Below, one piece after another: positions 62,593-64,000 of a stretch of DNA of 64,000 bases. Where the stretch lies: NCBI GenBank assembly GCA_043228905.1, contig JBHGNT010000012.1, positions 9,672,001 to 9,736,000 on the forward strand, given 5' to 3'. This stretch comes from Azolla caroliniana (Eukaryota; Plantae; Polypodiophyta). Under the pieces are notes generated by a model. The model was not told the DNA's origin, made no database searches, and worked only from the letters and a program-made list of their open reading frames with translations. Made by a program: the position numbers and the translations under genes. How positions within the stretch are numbered: the stretch's first letter is position 1; each line of letters begins with the position of its first letter.

Positions 62593-64000
62593 TGTTGTAC
62601 ATAGGCCAAAAATATAAATACAAAATATGTAAACTCGCCGGTAGGTAGAAAAGTAGGTGAGGAAATAGGTAGAACTAAAATAGTCGCATTTTTAGCCCTC
62701 ACAATCAGCCGACAACTCGGCTCTGTGTAACGAAGAAAACTATATAAACCGAGACCTGCATACCTCGAGAGAGATATACCTAGATTATTAGCAAGATTAA
62801 TATAGTAGCGCTTGGCTCTGCACGAGACTGGTTCCGGCCAAGAGCCGTGTACTGTATTCACTGTGAGCTTTCTCATTTAATATATATCTTGCTCTTACTG
62901 TTCCTTCATCTGTGTGTTCTTCCCGTACTCGTAATCGTAGCTACGTCTACGTCTATTGGGTTATAGCTCATGTACACTCCCCATTCTTTTGATGTCTTCT
63001 CGGTGTAGAAGAAGCCTTGATGTAACACGACCCCTTGATACCGATAGCCGGTGGGCTCATCGTAGGTGTTTTCTCCAAAAAAGGTTAACTCAATTTGCCA
63101 TGCCCAGTTATAGTTGTAAGGTCACAACAAACTACGTAGGAGGCAAACTCAGTTGCCATTACGGCGCCCAATCGCATCACGCGGTCTCGGCCACCTACCC
63201 GACGCCTTGAGCCAGTCGAAGGAACTTCCGACTCGGCGGTCACTGACCAATCTTTCCAGGAACTATTTGAGGCGCACTGGTTGCAATCCTCGCCACCCGA
63301 TACCTAGTCGCGAGTTGATTCCACACCGATCTCCCCGCCAAGCCCTCTAGAGGTCACCCAATCTGACCCTAACCCTTTCTCGGATTTACCTGAAAACCCG
63401 GATCTCCATACCATGCCTTACCCTTACCCACGTTATACAGATGCACCAGAGTCAGAATCGCACACCCGTGCTTTCGTGTCCACATGGCAGGCCAACCACT
63501 CGACGTAGCGGTTATCGGCTAACGAAATTGAGTCCTCCAAAAACGTGGAATTTGCTCTATCCCTCAATGGCCCGACTGCTCGATGGTATTCTCGCCTCGA
63601 CGCGGGGGAGGTCACAACATTCCAGGACGTCCGAACTAAGTTTCTAGAATTATTTCACCGCGAAGTTCCGAAGCGGGAACTGCTCTGGCAGTTCTTTTCC
63701 ATGAGCCAGGAACCTCATGAGACGGTCGCCCAGTTCACGATCCGGTTTCAGGATCTCTACCGACAACTGGCCGACGATGTCTCAGCACATCACATTCCGG
63801 ATACTTTCCTTTCCAGCCTATGGGAGGGAGCCTCTACGGACGACTCTCGCACTTACCAATTTCTCTAAACAGACAATCGAGCAAGTCATCGCACGCGTCC
63901 TCGCCATCGATCGGACACAACATAGCACGACTTTCTCCATGGGCTCTTTGCAAAGCACCCTTCCTCAGGAGGACAATCGTTTCCGACAAGCCATCCAATG
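62593..64000 (+). mobile_element. Gypsy element start: putative LTR 62593-63129 and decayed gag running off the window
   Basis: TGTTG...CAACA; gag MPYPYPRY..LNGPTARWY..TFQDVRTKFLELF..QEPHETVAQFTIRF; no clear PBS. Confidence 0.7.

Overview
Heterochromatic, gene-free nuclear DNA from a eukaryote, most likely a non-seed land plant. This is inferred from plant-type cytosolic tRNA sequences, spliceosomal introns and the TE families present. No host protein gene is recognisable. Left half: a spliced Sola2-like DDE transposase carries a 146-bp tandem array in its intron. A tandem pair of tRNA-Trp-primed Gypsy elements is interrupted by solo LTRs and by a 9.1-kb DNA transposon (8-bp TSD, short imperfect TIRs, P-element-like transposase motif, 4.8 kb of microsatellite cargo). 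Right half: the background DNA is alternating, oppositely oriented tRNA-derived tandem arrays. These are ~332-bp tRNA-Leu(UAG) units on the minus strand (15 copies) and ~910-bp higher-order tRNA-His(GUG) units on the plus strand, including one apparently intact tRNA-His. A very young chromovirus, a nested Copia-in-Copia pair, a non-autonomous element with mismatched LTRs and several fragments are inserted in or beside the arrays. TSD, LTR and PBS coordinates were read by eye. Superfamily assignments are motif-based and not database-verified.
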